Shown: piece by piece, positions 9,701 through 23,322 of the stretch
How the letters are laid out: each line of letters opens with the position of its first letter
Position numbering within the stretch: the first letter of the stretch is position 1
Assembly (NCBI GenBank): GCA_002189035.1
Contig: NEEC01000065.1
Location: 1-32,272, forward strand
Reading direction: 5' to 3'
Source of the DNA: Utricularia gibba
Taxonomy: Eukaryota; Plantae; Magnoliophyta
Length of the DNA stretch: 32,272 bases
Made by a program: the position numbers and the translations under genes
Notes under the pieces: model-generated
Told to the model about the DNA's origin: nothing
Database searches by the model: none
What the model saw: the letters and a program-made list of their open reading frames with translations, nothing else

Positions 9701-12700
9701 AAAGTAAGTTGTTGAAAAAATCATGTGGGGTGCACGTGACATCATAATTTAAACAAATGGATCATTTTTTTTAATCGATTTGCATCCAGTTGACCTCATG
9801 AGCCATACAGAATCGGGGTCAAGGACCAAGTTCCCAGCGAGACTGGCCGCCACAAAACGAGAAGCGGTTCCTTGAAAAACCATGTAGGCAGCCCCCGAAA
9901 ACCGAACGATAATAAATACATCACTTTATTTGCCGGACTACAACTAACTCTCGGCAAGCCAAACCTTACCTTTGTCCCGTTCCAGGTGCACCCAAAGACC
10001 GCCTGCTCAAGTATAAAGTAAGTTGTTGAAAAAATCATGTGGGGTGCACGTGATATCGCAATTTAAACAAATGCAACATTGTATTCATCGATTTGCATCC
10101 TTTTGTCCTCATGAGCCATAAAGAATCGCGGGCCCGGACCAAGTTCCTAGCGAGACTGGCCGCCACAAAACGAGAAGCTGTTCCTTGAAAAACCATGTAG
10201 GCAACACCGAAAACCGAACGTTAATAAATACATCACTTTCTTTGCCGGGCTACAACTTACTTTGGGCCAAGGCCTAAGCTGACTTTTTCCGGTTCCAAGT
10301 GCCCCCAAGACCGCCTCCTCAGTATAAAGTATTGTTAAAAAATCATGTGGGGTGCACGTGACATCATAATTTAAACAAATGCATCATTTTTTTTAATCGA
10401 TTTGCATCCAGTTGACCTCATGAGCCATACAGAATCGGGGTCAAGGACCAAGTTCCCAGCGAGACTGGCCGCCACAAAACGAGAAGCGGTTCCTTGAAAA
10501 ACCATGTAGGCAGCCCCCGAAAACCGAACGATAATAAATACATCACTTTATTTGCCGGACTACAACTAACTCTCGGTGCAAGCCAAACCTTACCTTTGTC
10601 CCGTTCCAGGTGCACCCAAAGACCGCCTGCTCAAGTATAAAGTAAGTTGTTGAAAAAATCATGTGGGGTGCACGTGATATCGCAATTTAAACAAATGCAA
10701 CATTGTATTCATCGATTTGCATCCTTTTGTCCTCATGAGCCATAAAGAATCGCGGGCCCGGACCAAGTTCCTAGCGAGACTGGCCGCCACAAAACGAGAA
10801 GCTGTTCCTTGAAAAACCATGTAGGCAACACCGAAAACCGAACGTTAATAAATACATCACTTTCTTTGCCGGGCTACAACTTACTTTGGGCCAAGGCCTA
10901 AGCTGATCTTTTTCCGGTTCCAAGTGCCCCAAAGACCGCCTTCTCATGTATAAAGTAAGTTGTTGAAAAAATCATGTGGGGTGCACGTGACATCGTAATT
11001 TAAACAAATGGATCATTTTTTTTAATCGATTTGCATCCAGTTGACCTCATGAGCCATACAGAATCGGGGTCAAGGACCAAGTTCCCAGCGAGACTGGCCG
11101 CCACAAAACGAGAAGCGGTTCCTTGAAAAACCATGTAGGCAGCCCCCGAAAACCGAACGATAATAAATACATCACTTTATTTGCCGGACTACAACTAACT
11201 CTCGGTGCAAGCCAAACCTTACCTTTGTCCCGTTCCAGGTGCACCCAAAGACCGCCTGCTCAAGTATAAAGTAAGTTGTTGAAAAAATCATGTGGGGTGC
11301 ACGTGATATCGCAATTTAAACAAATGCAACATTGTATTCATCGATTTGCATCCTTTTGTCCTCATGAGCCATAAAGAATCGCGGGCCCGGACCAAGTTCC
11401 TAGCGAGACTGGCCGCCACAAAACGAGAAGCTGTTCCTTGAAAAACCATGTAGGCAACACCGAAAACCGAACGTTAATAAATACATCACTTTCTTTGCCG
11501 GGCTACAACTTACTTTGGGCCAAGGCCTAAGCTGACCTTTTTCCGGTTCCAAGTGCCCCAAGACCGCCTCCTCAGTATAAAGTATGTTGTTAAAAAAATC
11601 ATGTGGGGTGCACGTGACATCGTAATTTAAACAAATGCATCATTTTTTTTAATCGATTTGCATCCAGTTGACCTCATGAGCCATACAGAATCGGGGTCAA
11701 GGACCAAGTTCCCAGCGAGACTGGCCGCCACAAACGAGAAGCGGTTCCTTGAAAAACCATGTAGGCAGCCCCCGAAAACCGAACGATAATAAATACATCA
11801 CTTTATTTGCCGGACTACAACTAACTCTCGGTGCAAGCCAAACCTTACCTTTGTCCCGTTCCAGGTGCACCCAAAGACCGCCTGCTCAAGTATAAAGTAA
11901 GTTGTTGAAAAAATCATGTGGGGTGCACGTGATATCGCAATTTAAACAAATGCAACATTGTATTCATCGATTTGCATCCTTTTGTCCTCATGAGCCATAA
12001 AGAATCGCGGGCCCGGACCAAGTTCCTAGCGAGACTGGCCGCCACAAAACGAGAAGCTGTTCCTTGAAAAACCATGTAGGCAACACCGAAAACCGAACGT
12101 TAATAAATACATCACTTTCTTTGCCGGGCTACAACTTACTTTGGGCCAAGGCCTAAGCTGACCTTTTTCCGGTTCCAAGTGCCCCCAAGACCGCCTCCTC
12201 AGTATAAAGTATGTTGTTAAAAAAATCATGTGGGGTGCACGTGACATCGTAATTTAAACAAATGCATCATTTTTTTTAATCGATTTGCATCCAGTTGACC
12301 TCATGAGCCATACAGAATCGGGGTCAAGGACCAAGTTCCCAGCGAGACTGGCCGCCACAAAACGAGAAGCGGTTCCTTGAAAAACCATGTAGGCAGCCCC
12401 CGAAAACCGAACGATAATAAATACATCACTTTATTTGCCGGACTACAACTAACTCTGGCAAGCCAAACCTTACCTTTGTCCCGTTCCAGGTGCACCCAAA
12501 GACCGCCTGCTCAAGTATAAAGTAAGTTGTTGAAAAAATCATGTGGGGTGCACGTGATATCGCAATTTAAACAAATGCAACATTGTATTCATCGATTTGC
12601 ATCCTTTTGTCCTCATGAGCCATAAAGAATCGCGGGCCCGGACCAAGTTCCTAGCGAGACTGGCCGCCACAAAACGAGAAGCTGTTCCTTGAAAAACCAT

Positions 12701-13020
12701 GTAGGCAACACCGAAAACCGAACGTTAATAAATACATCACTTTCTTTGCCGGGCTACAACTTACTTTGGGCCAAGGCCTAAGCTGACCTTTTTCCGGTTC
12801 CAAGTGCCCCAAGACCGCCTCCTCATGTATAAAGTATGTTGTTAAAAAAATCATGTGGGGTGCACGTGACATCGTAATTTAAACAAATGCATCATTTTTT
12901 TTAATCGATTTGCATCCAGTTGACCTCATGAGCCATACAGAATCGGGGTCAAGGACCAAGTTCCCAGCGAGACTGGCCGCCACAAAACGAGAAGCGGTTC
13001 CTTGAAAAACCATGTAGGCA

Positions 13021-14545
13021 AAACCGAACCACTTTATTTGCCGGACTACAACTAACTCTCGAAGCGATTAAGTATACATGTGGGGTGCACGTGATATCGC
13101 AATTTGCGGACTATGAGCCATACTTCCTAACTGGCTGTTCCTTGAAAAACCATGTAGGCAACACCGAAAACCGAACGTTAATAAATACATCACTTTCTTT
13201 GCCGGGCTACAACTTACTTTGGGCCAAGGCCTAAGCTGACTTTTTCCGGTTCCAAGTGCCCCAAAGACCGCCTGTATAACATGTGGGGTGCACGTGACAA
13301 ATTTAAACAAATGGCCTTGACCTCATGAGCCATACCATTTTTCCTTGAAAAACCACAGCCCCCGAAAACCGAACGATAATAAATACATCACTTTATTTGC
13401 CGGACTACAACTAACTCTCGGGCAAGCCAAACCTTACCTTTGTCCCGTTCCAGGTGCACCCAAAGACCGCCTGCTCAAGTATAAAGTAAGTTGTTGAAAA
13501 AATCATGTGGGGTGCACGTGATATCGCAATTTAAACAAATGCAACATTGTATTCATCGATTTGCATCCTTTTGTCCTCATGAGCCATAAAGAATCGCGGG
13601 CCCGGACCAAGTTCCTAGCGAGACTGGCCGCCACAAAACGAGAAGCTGTTCCTTGAAAAACCATGTAGGCAACACCGAAAACCGAACGTTAATAAATACA
13701 TCACTTTCTTTGCCGGGCTACAACTTACTTTGGGCCAAGGCCTAAGCTGATCTTTTTCCGGTTCCAAGTGCGACCGCCTGTATAACATGTGGGGTGCACG
13801 TGACATCGTAATTTAAACAAATGGATTTGCATCCAGTTGACCTCATTACAGAATCGGGGTCAAGGACCAAGTTCCCAGCGAGACTGGCCGCCACAAAACG
13901 AGAAGCGGTTCCTTGAAAAACCATGTAGGCAGCCCCCGAAAACCGAACGATAATAAATACATCACTTTATTTGCCGGACTACAACTAACAAGCGTCCCGT
14001 TCCAGGTGCACCCAAAGACCGCCTACATGTGGGGTGCACGTGATATCGGGGATTTGCATCCTTTTGTCCTCATGAGCCATAAAGAATCGCACCAAGTTCC
14101 TAGCGAGACTGGCCGCCACAAAACGAGAAGCTGTTCCTTGAAAAACCATGTAGGCAACACCGAAAACCGAACGTTAATAAATACATCACTTTCTTTGCCG
14201 GGCTACAACTTACTTTGGGCCAAGGCCTAAGCTGAAAGTGCGACCGCCTCTCATCATGTGGGGTGCACGTGACATTGCATCATCGATTTGCATCCAGTTG
14301 ACCTCATGAGCCATACAGAATCGAAGGACCAAGTTCCCAGCGAGACTGGCCGCCACAAAACGAGAAGCGGTTCCTTGAAAAACCATGTAGGCAGCCCCCG
14401 AAAACCGAACGATAATAAATACATCACTTTATTTGCCGGACTACAACTAACTCTCGGTTAAGTTAAACCTTATCGCAATTTGCAACATTGTATTCATCGA
14501 TTTGCAATGAGGAATCGTGCGAGACTGGCCGCCATCCTTTGTTTA
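13021..14545. repeat. Degenerate, multiply deleted segment of the same satellite, interspersed with intact stretches
   Basis: Monomers shrink to about 150-200 bp (A ~13065-13255, B ~13256-13454, A ~14470-14620), while conserved blocks such as CATGTGGGGTGCACGTGA and TTCCTTGAAAAACC persist in order. Confidence 0.9.
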
Positions 14546-17500
14546 ATAAATACATCACTTTCTTTGCCGGGCTACAACTTACTTTGGGCCAAGGCCTAAG
14601 CTGATCTTTTTCCGGTTCCAAGTGCCCCAAAGACCGCCTCTCATGTATAAAGTAAGTTGTTAAAAAATCATGTGGGGTGCACGTGACATCGTAATTTAAA
14701 CAAATGATCATTTTTTTTAATCGATTTGCATCCAGTTGACCTCATGAGCCATACAGAATCGGGGTCAAGGACCAAGTTCCCAGCGAGACTGGCCGCCACA
14801 AAACGAGAAGCGGTTCCTTGAAAAACCATGTAGGCAGCCCCCGAAAACCGAACGATAATAAATACATCACTTTATTTGCCGGACTACAACTAACTCTCGG
14901 TGCAAGCCAAACCTTACCTTTGTCCCGTTCCAGGTGCACCCAAAGACCGCCTGCTCAAGTATAAAGTAAGTTGTTGAAAAAATCATGTGGGGTGCACGTG
15001 ATATCGCAATTTAAACAAATGCAACATTGTATTCATCGATTTGCATCCTTTTGTCCTCATGAGCCATAAAGAATCGCGGGCCCGGACCAAGTTCCTAGCG
15101 AGACTGGCCGCCACAAAACGAGAAGCTGTTCCTTGAAAAACCATGTAGGCAACACCGAAAACCGAACGTTAATAAATACATCACTTTCTTTGCCGGGCTA
15201 CAACTTACTTTGGGCCAAGGCCTAAGCTGACCTTTTTCCGGTTCCAAGTGCCCCAAGACCGCCTTCTCATGTATAAAGTATGTTGTTAAAAAATCATGTG
15301 GGGTGCACGTGACATCGTAATTTAAACAAATGATCATTTTTTTTAATCGATTTGCATCCAGTTGACCTCATGAGCCATACAGAATCGGGTCAAGGACCAA
15401 GTTCCCAGCGAGACTGGCCGCCACAAAACGAGAAGCGGTTCCTTGAAAAACCATGTAGGCAGCCCCCGAAAACCGAACGATAATAAATACATCACTTTAT
15501 TTGCCGGACTACAACTAACTCTCGGTGCAAGCCAAACCTTACCTTTGTCCCGTTCCAGGTGCACCCAAACCGAAGTATAAAGTAAGTTGTTGAAAAAATC
15601 ATGTGGGGTGCACGTGATATCGCAATTTAAACAAATGCAACATTGTATTCATCGATTTGCATCCTTTTGTCCTCATGAGCCATAAAGAATCGCGGGCCCG
15701 GACCAAGTTCCTAGCGAGACTGGCCGCCACAAAACGAGAAGCTGTTCCTTGAAAAACCATGTAGGCAACACCGAAAACCGAACGTTAATAAATACATCAC
15801 TTTCTTTGCCGGGCTACAACTTACTTTGGGCCAAGGCCTAAGCTGATCTTTTTCCGGTTCCAAGTGCGACCGGTATAAAGTAAGTTGTTAAAAAATCATG
15901 TGGGGTGCACGTGACATCATAATTTAAACAAATGGATCATTTTTTTTAATCGATTTGCATCCAGTTGACCTCATGAGCCATACAGAATCGGGGTCAAGGA
16001 CCAAGTTCCCAGCGAGACTGGCCGCCACAAAACGAGAAGCGGTTCCTTGAAAAACCATGTAGGCAGCCCCCGAAAACCGAACGATAATAAATACATCACT
16101 TTATTTGCCGGACTACAACTAACTCTCGGTGCAAGCCAAACCTTACCTTTGTCCCGTTCCAGGTGCACCCAAAGACCGCCTGCTCAAGTATAAAGTAAGT
16201 TGTTGAAAAAATCATGTGGGGTGCACGTGATATCGCAATTTAAACAAATGCAACATTGTATTCATCGATTTGCATCCTTTTGTCCTCATGAGCCATAAAG
16301 AATCGCGGGCCCGGACCAAGTTCCTAGCGAGACTGGCCGCCACAAAACGAGAAGCTGTTCCTTGAAAAACCATGTAGGCAACACCGAAAACCGAACGTTA
16401 ATAAATACATCACTTTCTTTGCCGGGCTACAACTTACTTTGGGCCAAGGCCTAAGCTGACCTTCCAAGTTTCCGGTTCCAAGTGTATCCTCATGTATAAA
16501 GTAAGTGAAAAAAAATCATGTGGGGTGCACGTGACATCATAATTTAAACAAATGCATCATTTTTTTTAATCGATTTGCATCCAGTTGACCTCATGAGCCA
16601 TACAGAATCGGGGTCAAGGACCAAGTTCCCAGCGAGACTGGCCGCCACAAAACGAGAAGCGGTTCCTTGAAAAACCATGTAGGCAGCCCCCGAAAACCGA
16701 ACGATAATAAATACATCACTTTATTTGCCGGACTACAACTAACTCTCGGTGCAAGCCAAACCTTACCTTTGTCCCGTTCCAGGTGCACCCAAAGACCGCC
16801 TGCTCAAGTATAAAGTAAGTTGTTGAAAAAATCATGTGGGTGCACGTGATATCGCAATTTAAACAAATGCAACATTGTATTCATCGATTTGCATCCTTTT
16901 GTCCTCATGAGCCATAAAGAATCGCGGGCCCGGACCAAGTTCCTAGCGAGACTGGCCGCCACAAAACGAGAAGCTGTTCCTTGAAAAACCATGTAGGCAA
17001 CACCGAAAACCGAACGTTAATAAATACATCACTTTCTTTGCCGGGCTACAACTTACTTTGGGCCAAGGCCTAAGCTGATCTTTTTCCGGTTCCAAGTGCC
17101 CCCAAGACCGCCTTCTCAGTATAAAGTAAGTTGTTGAAAAAATCATGTGGGGTGCACGTGACATCTAATTTAAACAAATGATCATTTTTTTTAATCGATT
17201 TGCATCCAGTTGACCTCATGAGCCATACAGAATCGGGGTCAAGGACCAAGTTCCCAGCGAGACTGGCCGCCACAAAACGAGAAGCGGTTCCTTGAAAAAC
17301 CATGTATAATAAATACATCACTTTATTTGCCGGACTACAACTAACTCTCGGTGCAAGCCAAACCTTACCTTTGTCCCGTTCCAGGTGCACCCAAAGACCG
17401 CCTGCTCAAGTATAAAGTAAGTTGTTGAAAAAATCATGTGGGTGCACGTGATATCGCAATTTAAACAAATGCAACATTGTATTCATCGATTTGCATCCTT

Positions 17501-20500
17501 TTGTCCTCATGAGCCATAAAGAATCGCGGGCCCGGACCAAGTTCCTAGCGAGACTGGCCGCCACAAAACGAGAAGCTGTTCCTTGAAAAACCATGTAGGC
17601 AACACCGAAAACCGAACGTTAATAAATACATCACTTTCTTTGCCGGGCTACAACTTACTTTGGGCCAAGGCCTAAGCTGACCTTTTTCCGGTTCCAAGTG
17701 CCCCCAAGACCGCCTCCTCATGTATAAAGTATGTTGTTAAAAAAATCATGTGGGGTGCACGTGACATCGTAATTTAAACAAATGCATCATTTTTTTTAAT
17801 CGATTTGCATCCAGTTGACCTCATGAGCCATACAGAATCGGGGTCAAGGACCAAGTTCCCAGCGAGACTGGCCGCCACAAAACGAGAAGCGGTTCCTTGA
17901 AAAACCATGTAGGCAGCCCCCGAAAACCGAACGATAATAAATACATCACTTTATTTGCCGGACTACAACTAACTCTCGGTGCAAGCCAAACCTTACCTTT
18001 GTCCCGTTCCAGGTGCACCCAAAGACCGCCTGCTCAAGTATAAAGTAAGTTGTTGAAAAAATCATGTGGGGTGCACGTGATATCGCAATTTAAACAAATG
18101 CAACATTGTATTCATCGATTTGCATCCTTTTGTCCTCATGAGCCATAAAGAATCGCGGGCCCGGACCAAGTTCCTAGCGAGACTGGCCGCCACAAAACGA
18201 GAAGCTGTTCCTTGAAAAACCATGTAGGCAACACGAAAACCGAACGTTAATAAATACATCACTTTCTTTGCCGGGCTACAACTTACTTTGGGCCAAGGCC
18301 TAAGCTGATCTTTTTCCGGTTCCAAGTGCACCCAAAGACCGCCTTCTCATGTATAAAGTAAGTTGTTGAAAAAATCATGTGGGGTGCACGTGACATCATA
18401 ATTTAAACAAATGGATCATTTTTTTTAATCGATTTGCATCCAGTTGACCTCATGAGCCATACAGAATCGGGGTCAAGGACCAAGTTCCCAGCGAGACTGG
18501 CCGCCACAAAACGAGAAGCGGTTCCTTGAAAAACCATGTAGGCAGCCCCCGAAAACCGAACGATAATAAATACATCACTTTATTTGCCGGACTACAACTA
18601 ACTCTCGGTGCAAGCCAAACCTTACCTTTGTCCCGTTCCAGGTGCACCCAAAGACCGCCTGCTCAAGTATAAAGTAAGTTGTTGAAAAAATCATGTGGGG
18701 TGCACGTGATATCGCAATTTAAACAAATGCAACATTGTATTCATCGATTTGCATCCTTTTGTCCTCATGAGCCATAAAGAATCGCGGGCCCGGACCAAGT
18801 TCCTAGCGAGACTGGCCGCCACAAAACGAGAAGCTGTTCCTTGAAAAACCATGTAGGCAACACCGAAAACCGAACGTTAATAAATACATCACTTTCTTTG
18901 CCGGGCTACAACTTACTTTGGGCCAAGGCCTAAGCTGATCTTTTTCCGGTTCCAAGTGCCCCAAGACCGCCTCCTCATGTATAAAGTATGTTGTTAAAAA
19001 AATCATGTGGGGTGCACGTGACATCATAATTTAAACAAATGCATCATTTTTTTTAATCGATTTGCATCCAGTTGACCTCATGAGCCATACAGAATCGGGG
19101 TCAAGGACCAAGTTCCCAGCGAGACTGGCCGCCACAAAACGAGAAGCGGTTCCTTGAAAAACCATGTAGGCAGCCCCCGAAAACCGAACGATAATAAATA
19201 CATCACTTTATTTGCCGGACTACAACTAACTGCCCATTAAAGGGCCAAGGCCTAAGCTGGGTTCCAAGAAGACCGCCTCCTCATGTATAAAGTATTGTTG
19301 AAAAAATCATGTGGGGTGCACGTGACATCGTAATTTAAACAAATGCATCATTTTTTTTAATCGATTTGCATCCAGTTGACCTCATGAGCCATACAGAATC
19401 GGGGTCAAGGACCAAGTTCCCAGCGAGACTGGCCGCCACAAAACGAGAAGCGGTTCCTTGAAAAACCATGTAGGCAGCCCCCGAAAACCGAACGATAATA
19501 AATACATCACTTTATTTGCCGGACTACAACTAACTCTCGTGCAAGCCAAACCTTACCTTTGTCCCGTTCCAGGTGCACCCAAAGACCGCCTGCTCAAGTA
19601 TAAAGTAAGTTGTTGAAAAAATCATGTGGGGTGCACGTGATATCGCAATTTAAACAAATGCAACATTGTATTCATCGATTTGCATCCTTTTGTCCTCATG
19701 AGCCATAAAGAATCGCGGGCCCGGACCAAGTTCCTAGCGAGACTGGCCGCCACAAAACGAGAAGCTGTTCCTTGAAAAACCATGTAGGCAACACCGAAAA
19801 CCGAACGTTAATAAATACATCACTTTCTTTGCCGGGCTACAACTTACTTTGGGCCAAGGCCTAAGCTGATCTTTTTCCGGTTCCAAGTGCCCCAAAGACC
19901 GCCTTCTCAAGTATAAAGTAAGTTGTTGAAAAAATCATGTGGGGTGCACGTGACATCATAATTTAAACAAATGGATCATTTTTTTTAATCGATTTGCATC
20001 CAGTTGACCTCATGAGCCATACAGAATCGGGGTCAAGGACCAAGTTCCCAGCGAGACTGGCCGCCACAAAACGAGAAGCGGTTCCTTGAAAAACCATGTA
20101 GGCAGCCCCCGAAAACCGAACGATAATAAATACATCACTTTATTTGCCGGACTACAACTAACTCTCGTGCAAGCCAAACCTTACCTTTGTCCCGTTCCAG
20201 GTGCACCCAAAGACCGCCTGCTCAAGTATAAAGTAAGTTGTTGAAAAAATCATGTGGGGTGCACGTGATATCGCAATTTAAACAAATGCAACATTGTATT
20301 CATCGATTTGCATCCTTTTGTCCTCATGAGCCATAAAGAATCGCGGGCCCGGACCAAGTTCCTAGCGAGACTGGCCGCCACAAAACGAGAAGCTGTTCCT
20401 TGAAAAACCATGTAGGCAACACCGAAAACCGAACGTTAATAAATACATCACTTTCTTTGCCGGGCTACAACTTACTTTGGGCCAAGGCCTAAGCTGACCT

Positions 20501-23007
20501 TTTTCCGGTTCCAAGTGCGACCGCCTGTATAAAGTAAAAAAAATCATGTGGGTGCACGTGACATCGTAATTTAAACAAATGCATCATTTTTTTTAATCGA
20601 TTTGCATCCAGTTGACCTCATGAGCCATACAGAATCGGGGTCAAGGACCAAGTTCCCAGCGAGACTGGCCGCCACAAAACGAGAAGCGGTTCCTTGAAAA
20701 ACCATGTAGGCAGCCCCCGAAAACCGAACGATAATAAATACATCACTTTATTTGCCGGACTACAACTAACTCTCGGTGCAAGCCAAACCTTACCTTTGTC
20801 CCGTTCCAGGTGCACCCAAAGACCGCCTGCTCAAGTATAAAGTAAGTTGTTGAAAAAATCATGTGGGGTGCACGTGATATCGCAATTTAAACAAATGCAA
20901 CATTGTATTCATCGATTTGCATCCTTTTGTCCTCATGAGCCATAAAGAATCGCGGCCCGGACCAAGTTCCTAGCGAGACTGGCCGCCACAAAACGAGAAG
21001 CTGTTCCTTGAAAAACCATGTAGGCAACACCGAAAACCGAACGTTAATAAATACATCACTTTCTTTGCCGGGCTACAACTTACTTTGGGCCAAGGCCTAA
21101 GCTGATCTTTTTCCGGTTCCAAGTGCACCCAAAGACCGCCTTCTCAAGTATAAAGTAAGTTGTTGAAAAAATCATGTGGGTGCACGTGACATCATAATTT
21201 AAACAAATGGATCATTTTTTTTAATCGATTTGCATCCAGTTGACCTCATGAGCCATACAGAATCGGGGTCAAGGACCAAGTTCCCAGCGAGACTGGCCGC
21301 CACAAACGAGAAGCGGTTCCTTGAAAAACCATGTAGGCAGCCCCGAAAACCGAACGATAATAAATACATCACTTTATTTGCCGGACTACAACTAACTCTC
21401 GGTGCAAGCCAAACCTTACCTTTGTCCCGTTCCAGGTGCACCCAAAGACCGCCTGCTCAAGTATAAAGTAAGTTGTTGAAAAAATCATGTGGGGTGCACG
21501 TGATATCGCAATTTAAACAAATGCAACATTGTATTCATCGATTTGCATCCTTTTGTCCTCATGAGCCATAAAGAATCGCGGGCCCGGACCAAGTTCCTAG
21601 CGAGACTGGCCGCCACAAAACGAGAAGCTGTTCCTTGAAAAACCATGTAGGCAACACCGAAAACCGAACGTTAATAAATACATCACTTTCTTTGCCGGGC
21701 TACAACTTACTTTGGGCCAAGGCCTAAGCTGATCTTTTTCCGGTTCCAAGTGCACCCAAGACCGCCTTCTCAAGTATAAAGTAAGTTGTTGAAAAAATCA
21801 TGTGGGGTGCACGTGACATCATAATTTAAACAAATGATCATTTTTTTTAATCGATTTGCATCCAGTTGACCTCATGAGCCATACAGAATCGGGGTCAAGG
21901 ACCAAGTTCCCAGCGAGACTGGCCGCCACAAAACGAGAAGCGGTTCCTTGAAAAACCATGTAGGCAGCCCCCGAAAACCGAACGATAATAAATACATCAC
22001 TTTATTTGCCGGACTACAACTAACTCTCGGTGCAAGCCAAACCTTACCTTTGTCCCGTTCCAGGTGCACCCAAAGACCGCCTGCTCAAGTATAAAGTAAG
22101 TTGTTGAAAAAATCATGTGGGGTGCACGTGATATCGCAATTTAAACAAATGCAACATTGTATTCATCGATTTGCATCCTTTTGTCCTCATGAGCCATAAA
22201 GAATCGCGGGCCCGGACCAAGTTCCTAGCGAGACTGGCCGCCACAAAACGAGAAGCTGTTCCTTGAAAAACCATGTAGGCAACACCGAAAACCGAACGTT
22301 AATAAATACATCACTTTCTTTGCCGGGCTACAACTTACTTTGGGCCAAGGCCTAAGCTGACCTTTTTCCGGTTCCAAGTGCCCCCCAAGACCGCCTTCCT
22401 CATGTATAAAGTAAGTTGTTGAAAAAATCATGTGGGGTGCACGTGACATCATAATTTAAACAAATGGATCATTTTTTTTAATCGATTTGCATCCAGTTGA
22501 CCTCATGAGCCATACAGAATCGGGGTCAAGGACCAAGTTCCCAGCGAGACTGGCCGCCACAAAACGAGAAGCGGTTCCTTGAAAAACCATGTAGGCAGCC
22601 CCGAAAACCGAACGATAATAAATACATCACTTTATTTGCCGGACTACAACTAACTCTCGGTGCAAGCCAAACCTTACCTTTGTCCCGTTCCAGGTGCACC
22701 CAAAGACCGCCTGCTCAAGTATAAAGTAAGTTGTTGAAAAAATCATGTGGGGTGCACGTGATATCGCAATTTAAACAAATGCAACATTGTATTCATCGAT
22801 TTGCATCCTTTTGTCCTCATGAGCCATAAAGAATCGCGGGCCCGGACCAAGTTCCTAGCGAGACTGGCCGCCACAAAACGAGAAGCTGTTCCTTGAAAAA
22901 CCATGTAGGCAACACCGAAAACCGAACGTTAATAAATACATCACTTTCTTTGCCGGGCTACAACTTACTTTGGGCCAAGGCCTAAGCTGATCTTTTTCCG
23001 GTTCCAA

Positions 23008-23322
23008 GTGCACCCAAAGACCGCCTTCTCAAGTATAAAGTAAGTTGTTAAAAAATCATGTGGGGTGCACGTGACATCATAATTTAAACAAATGGATCAT
23101 TTTTTTTAATCGATTTGCATCCAGTTGACCTCATGAGCCATACAGAATCGGGGTCAAGGACCAAGTTCCCAGCGAGACTGGCCGCCACAAAACGAGAAGC
23201 GGTTCCTTGAAAAACCATGTAGGCAGCCCCCGAAAACCGAACGATAATAAATACATCACTTTATTTGCCGGACTACAACTAACTCTCGGTGCAAGCCAAA
23301 CCTTACCTTTGTCCCGTTCCAG
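23008..23322 (+). repeat. Representative B monomer, haplotype B2 (315 bp)
   Basis: Same B body as B1, but the head reads GTGCACCCAAAGACCGCCTTCTCAAGTATAAAGTAAGTTG, followed by CATCATAATT and ATGGATC. This form predominates from 23008 to about 31380. Confidence 0.85.

Noticed and set aside
313-12900. A longer higher-order period (1258 or 1887 bp) defined by the B1/B2 order
   Set aside because: The order (B1, B2, B1, B1, B2, B1, B1, B1, mixed, B2, ...) shows no stable period by eye, and mixed copies blur the typing.
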